NCBI GenBank assembly: GCA_918797485.1 | Contig: CAKKNE010000003.1 | Span: forward strand, 2,666,001 to 2,730,000 | Direction: 5' to 3' | Source of the DNA: Pelagomonas calceolata | Taxonomy: Eukaryota | DNA length: 64,000 bases | Shown here: piece by piece, positions 60,538 through 64,000 of the stretch | How positions within the stretch are numbered: position 1 is the stretch's first letter | Layout: each line of letters opens with the position of its first letter | Translations under genes and position numbers: made by a program | The notes under the pieces: model-generated | What the model was told of the DNA's origin: nothing | The model's database searches: none | The model's input: the letters and a program-made list of their open reading frames with translations, nothing else

Positions 60538-63426
60538 TTACCCGCTGCGCCGCGCGTGCGCCTCCTGCCACTCTCTAATCCTACAAGCCGTCGCCCGCGA
60601 CCCCGCCAGGTCGTCCAGCGGCGCGTTTGAATCGCCCGCCAATAATTCATCGGCCGCGACGTGCTCCGCCGTCGCTCGTTTCAGCGACTTGTTCACGTCG
60701 GCGAACTTCTTCTCGACCCGGTCAAAGTCCACGTGGTTCGCCAAACAGAACTGCGCCACCGCGACCCGCACGTTCTCGAGCTGCGAGGCGACGTCGTCGT
60801 CGTCCTCTTCAGCGACCCACCTCGCCATCCTCAGGCGCACGGAGAAGCGTCTGAATAGTTTCTGGATCGTCACGGCGGCGTTGTATGTTTTTCTTTCCTT
60901 CTCGTCGATGACGTCGTGGCGCGTCTGCCAGAAGGTGGTCATCGTGCTCTTGAGGTCATCTAACGAACCGGTCATCTTCGCCAGTTCCGCGCTCAGAGAA
61001 TGCAGGCCGTCGACCTCGGCGGCACATTCTTCATCCACTTCTTTCAAGCGGCCATCTAACCCATCTTGCCTAAAACCGGCAAAGCCCGCGGGCGTTGATT
61101 CCGCGACGCCGGGCGACTTTTCTGTCGAGGGCGGTGCCGCTTCCCTGGCGGGGGCCGGGCCCGGTGTAAACGCCCCCTCCATGGGTCGTTCCGCCTCTCT
61201 GGGCGTTTCGACCGCCGGCATCTGCACGCCGCCCGGGCTGAGACACGGCGCCATTGGTAGGCCCGTGCGCGTCGACCGGAAGGTCTGGGAGAAATCCGTC
61301 GGTTCAGAAGTACTAAAGCGTCCAGTGAGCTTCTGCCGAGGCACCTTGCGCTTGGTAGGTGATGGTGGTTGAGGCGCAACTCCCAATTTCTCGCGGCACT
61401 TCCGCGCCGTCTCCGGCGCGATCATGATGCAAAAACCGTCAAAGTCCATGCGATCACTTGACAAGAATATTTCCGCCAACTCGGAGGCGGAGCTAATGCC
61501 CATGGACAGCAGGACCTTCTCGACCTCCTCGCGGTCGAGGTCGTTGGAGCTGTTCACGTCGGCGGCCTCGAAGGCGTCCTTGGCCTGCTTCAGGGCGTCC
61601 TCGCCCAATTCCTGCTTGGCTTCGGCGGCTAGCGTGGACTTGGTGGAAGCATCCAGCGGCTGGGACGGTACGATCGACTTGCGCTTCTCTCGTCGCAGCG
61701 CTTCTCGCTTGGCCACTGCCGCTTTGAGGTCATCGTCCATGACCAACTCCCGCGGCGGTTTTAGGGGCTGGACCGGCTTCCTTCTTTTGACAATCGGCGA
61801 CAGAGGATCCTCATCACCATCCGGGATGCCCGCTAGATCAGGCGCCGCGGCCCACTCATTTATAGCGGCATCCCACTCCTGCTTCGTGATGACGCCTTTC
61901 GTCGATAGCGGTCTTCTCATTAACCGCGCTTCGAGGTCGTCGGCGCCCAGCAGCTCCTGCAGCAAAGGGTTGCCCGTACCTTTGAGATAATATTGGCACT
62001 CGGGCCGTTCATCGAGTTGTTTCACAATGTCTGAAACAGCCAGCATGCCCTTTTCTCTCCGGTCGAGCATCTCGAAGAGCTTGCGCGCTTGGCCGACCGT
62101 AGGTCCTACTTTCCGCGCATTTTTACCGCGAATCGAGGCTTGTAATTTAGTAGCAGCGACCTTCTGGTCGGCGACCTCCTTCCGCGCGTTCCTGCCTTTG
62201 ATTTGCGCTTGTAGTGCTGTAGCAGCGTGCTGCTGCTCCTTGACCTCCTTTCTGGCACTTCGCCCGCGTTCCGCCGCAGCGAGTGCCGTCGCGGCCTTCT
62301 TCTGCTCCGTGAGCTCTTGGCGCGCGTTCCGGCCCTTAATTTGCGCTTGTAATGCTGTTGCGGCATTTGACTGGTCCTGGATGTCTTTTCTCGCGGATCT
62401 TCCTCGTTCGCAGGCCGCGAGTCTCGTTGCGGCCCGTTGTTGAGCATTGAGCTCTCTCCGCGAGTTCCGACCGCGCACACAAGCTGCTAGTCGCGTAGCC
62501 GAGGCGTCCTGCGCCTTCGCTTCGGCCTCGGCAGCTAAGCGTTGCGCCTCCGCTTCCGCCTCAGCCGCTCGTTTCTCGGCCTCGATCCGCGCTTCTTCGG
62601 AAGCTGCAGCCTCAGCTAGCTCCCGGGCCTTCTTTGCCGTCTCGCTTTGGGTCGCCTGGTCCTTGGCACCCCTGACGGCTCCCGTGACCAATCCCCATAC
62701 TAGATCTGTTCTAACTTCGATCTCGGCCATCAGCATCTCCGGCGAACGTTCCGAATGGCTCTTCTTGACGTCGGGGCCTCGTTTTGAGGTCGGTCTTTTA
62801 GCTTTTACGGTAGTTGTCCCTTCCAACGACTCCCGGTCGAACAAAGAAAGAAAGGTCTGCACCTCGTCGCCGCCGCGCACCCACCTCAACAGATCCGCCA
62901 GCGACGCCCGGCCACTTCTACGGCCGCTCCCGTTCTTCTTATCGCCGAAAATCTTTTTGACCGCGTCCCGCAGCACGTAATCCGCGACCGGCTTGCTTCT
63001 GTATAGTGATGTTAATGCTTGGCACGACGTCCGCAGCAAAATCTCCATCTCTACACGACTGAGGGATCCTTTCGAGGAGCGGTCGAAGACCTGGAAGAGG
63101 GCCGTCACGAGCAGTTTCTCCGAGGACTCGTCCCAGTTCCGTGACGTGAGATAACAGCCCGCGAGAGCTTCGAAGGACGACACGCGGCCCCGCTCCTTCT
63201 CGTCGAGATGGCGGAAGTGGAGTCTCGCATCGACAAACGAGGGAGAAAACACCTCGACGAACTCGTCCTCCGTAAGGACCAACTTCGCGGGATCAAAATG
63301 CTTGTAGAAGCGCTGGTGGCTCGCCAGGGCCAGTCGGAAGCGCAAATCTCTATCGTCGCTCCTCCTATAGTTATTTACTACCTCTTCAGGTAAGTAAGCT
63401 GTGTCCTGGCTCAGGGACGCTCCCAT
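60538..63426 (-). CDS. N-myristoylated EF-hand / multi-IQ-motif protein
   Basis: MGASLS start; EF-like loops (DRSSKGSLSRVE, DVNSSNDLDREE); six tandem AATxL(Q/A)AxxRGxxAR IQ units plus a C-terminal IQKLFR. Confidence 0.8.
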   Translation of the reverse strand: MGASLSQDTAYLPEEVVNNYRRSDDRDLRFRLALASHQRFYKHFDPAKLVLTEDEFVEVFSPSFVDARLHFRHLDEKERGRVSSFEALAGCYLTSRNWDESSEKLLVTALFQVFDRSSKGSLSRVEMEILLRTSCQALTSLYRSKPVADYVLRDAVKKIFGDKKNGSGRRSGRASLADLLRWVRGGDEVQTFLSLFDRESLEGTTTVKAKRPTSKRGPDVKKSHSERSPEMLMAEIEVRTDLVWGLVTGAVRGAKDQATQSETAKKARELAEAAASEEARIEAEKRAAEAEAEAQRLAAEAEAKAQDASATRLAACVRGRNSRRELNAQQRAATRLAACERGRSARKDIQDQSNAATALQAQIKGRNARQELTEQKKAATALAAAERGRSARKEVKEQQHAATALQAQIKGRNARKEVADQKVAATKLQASIRGKNARKVGPTVGQARKLFEMLDRREKGMLAVSDIVKQLDERPECQYYLKGTGNPLLQELLGADDLEARLMRRPLSTKGVITKQEWDAAINEWAAAPDLAGIPDGDEDPLSPIVKRRKPVQPLKPPRELVMDDDLKAAVAKREALRREKRKSIVPSQPLDASTKSTLAAEAKQELGEDALKQAKDAFEAADVNSSNDLDREEVEKVLLSMGISSASELAEIFLSSDRMDFDGFCIMIAPETARKCREKLGVAPQPPSPTKRKVPRQKLTGRFSTSEPTDFSQTFRSTRTGLPMAPCLSPGGVQMPAVETPREAERPMEGAFTPGPAPAREAAPPSTEKSPGVAESTPAGFAGFRQDGLDGRLKEVDEECAAEVDGLHSLSAELAKMTGSLDDLKSTMTTFWQTRHDVIDEKERKTYNAAVTIQKLFRRFSVRLRMARWVAEEDDDDVASQLENVRVAVAQFCLANHVDFDRVEKKFADVNKSLKRATAEHVAADELLAGDSNAPLDDLAGSRATACRIREWQEAHARRSG

Positions 63427-63745
63427 GGTTTTGTTGCGGGCCGCGCCGCTTTCTGCGACGGCTGCCGCTGCTGTCGGCTCTCCCAACGATCCTGCGCCCA
63501 AGGAAGGGCAGCAATTGGGGCTGCTCCCGGACAGCTTCCTGCGGCGCGAGAGGCTGGCGCTGGGTCCTAGTAACTTGTAAGCTACTAGAGACCACAAAAT
63601 CACGGGGGCCAAAAGCCGTCCTCGCGCCCCGCCCACTCGCGCATGGAGTCGTCCTGGGACCGCTCGACCCCAGGGATTGGTCGTCGTAAGCCCAACGCCT
63701 AGGGAAGATCTCGCCGGCGGCGGCGGACACATGACTAGCGGTGAC

Positions 63746-64000
63746 TTATCCACGCGCGTCGGGCGGCCTGAAGAGAAGCCGCCGGACGCCCGCCCAGGCC
63801 AGCGAGCCGAGGACCGCGGTGAGGCCCTGCTTGCCGCCTGGGGGGTGCACCTGGATCGGGAGCAGGAGCAGGACGAAGCCCGCGGCGAGCGCGGCCGCGG
63901 CGGCGACGTCCGACGTCTCCGGGAGCAACGACGTCGAGCCCATGGACACGAAGGACCCGACGCCGAGGCCCAGCTCGACCGCCGCCGCGTGCTTGTATCC
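63746..64000 (-). CDS. 3' end of a membrane protein (partial)
   Basis: Hydrophobic open frame entering from the window edge and ending at TAA 63746-63748. Confidence 0.5.
   Translation of the reverse strand, partial: GYKHAAAVELGLGVGSFVSMGSTSLLPETSDVAAAAALAAGFVLLLLPIQVHPPGGKQGLTAVLGSLAWAGVRRLLFRPPDARG

Overview
Gene-dense, GC-rich eukaryotic nuclear DNA with about 40 compact, mostly intron-free genes. Gene content (kinesin, HDAC, NSUN2, DDX51, DNMT2, AP2-domain protein, proteins with bipartite plastid-targeting peptides) and intron style point to a photosynthetic stramenopile, probably a pelagophyte (Pelagomonas/Aureococcus-like). This assignment is inference. The main finding is a gene the ORF track splits into fragments: 48404-49048 (-) encodes a 214-aa fusion of an O6-alkylguanine-DNA alkyltransferase (MGMT/ATL) domain and a DUF3253-like domain. 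It has two in-frame TGA codons, each at the position of the family's conserved Cys (P-TGA-QRV for PCHRV; GKTC-TGA-PSE for GKTICPSE), followed by a SECIS-like hairpin. It is therefore a candidate two-selenocysteine DNA-repair protein. Other notable signals: (i) two introner-type mini-transposons with terminal inverted repeats and 8-bp target-site duplications whose removal as introns restores the host reading frame; (ii) a second family of related introns sharing a CACGCCATCGACGCGAC core; (iii) a CTAG-N12-14-CTAG motif found about 14 times, always upstream of gene starts; (iv) two or three abrupt gene-fragment junctions (ABC transporter, amino-acid permease/ankyrin); (v) an AT-richer non-coding island. 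No rRNA, tRNA or CRISPR array was recognised. All calls are by eye; no searches were run.
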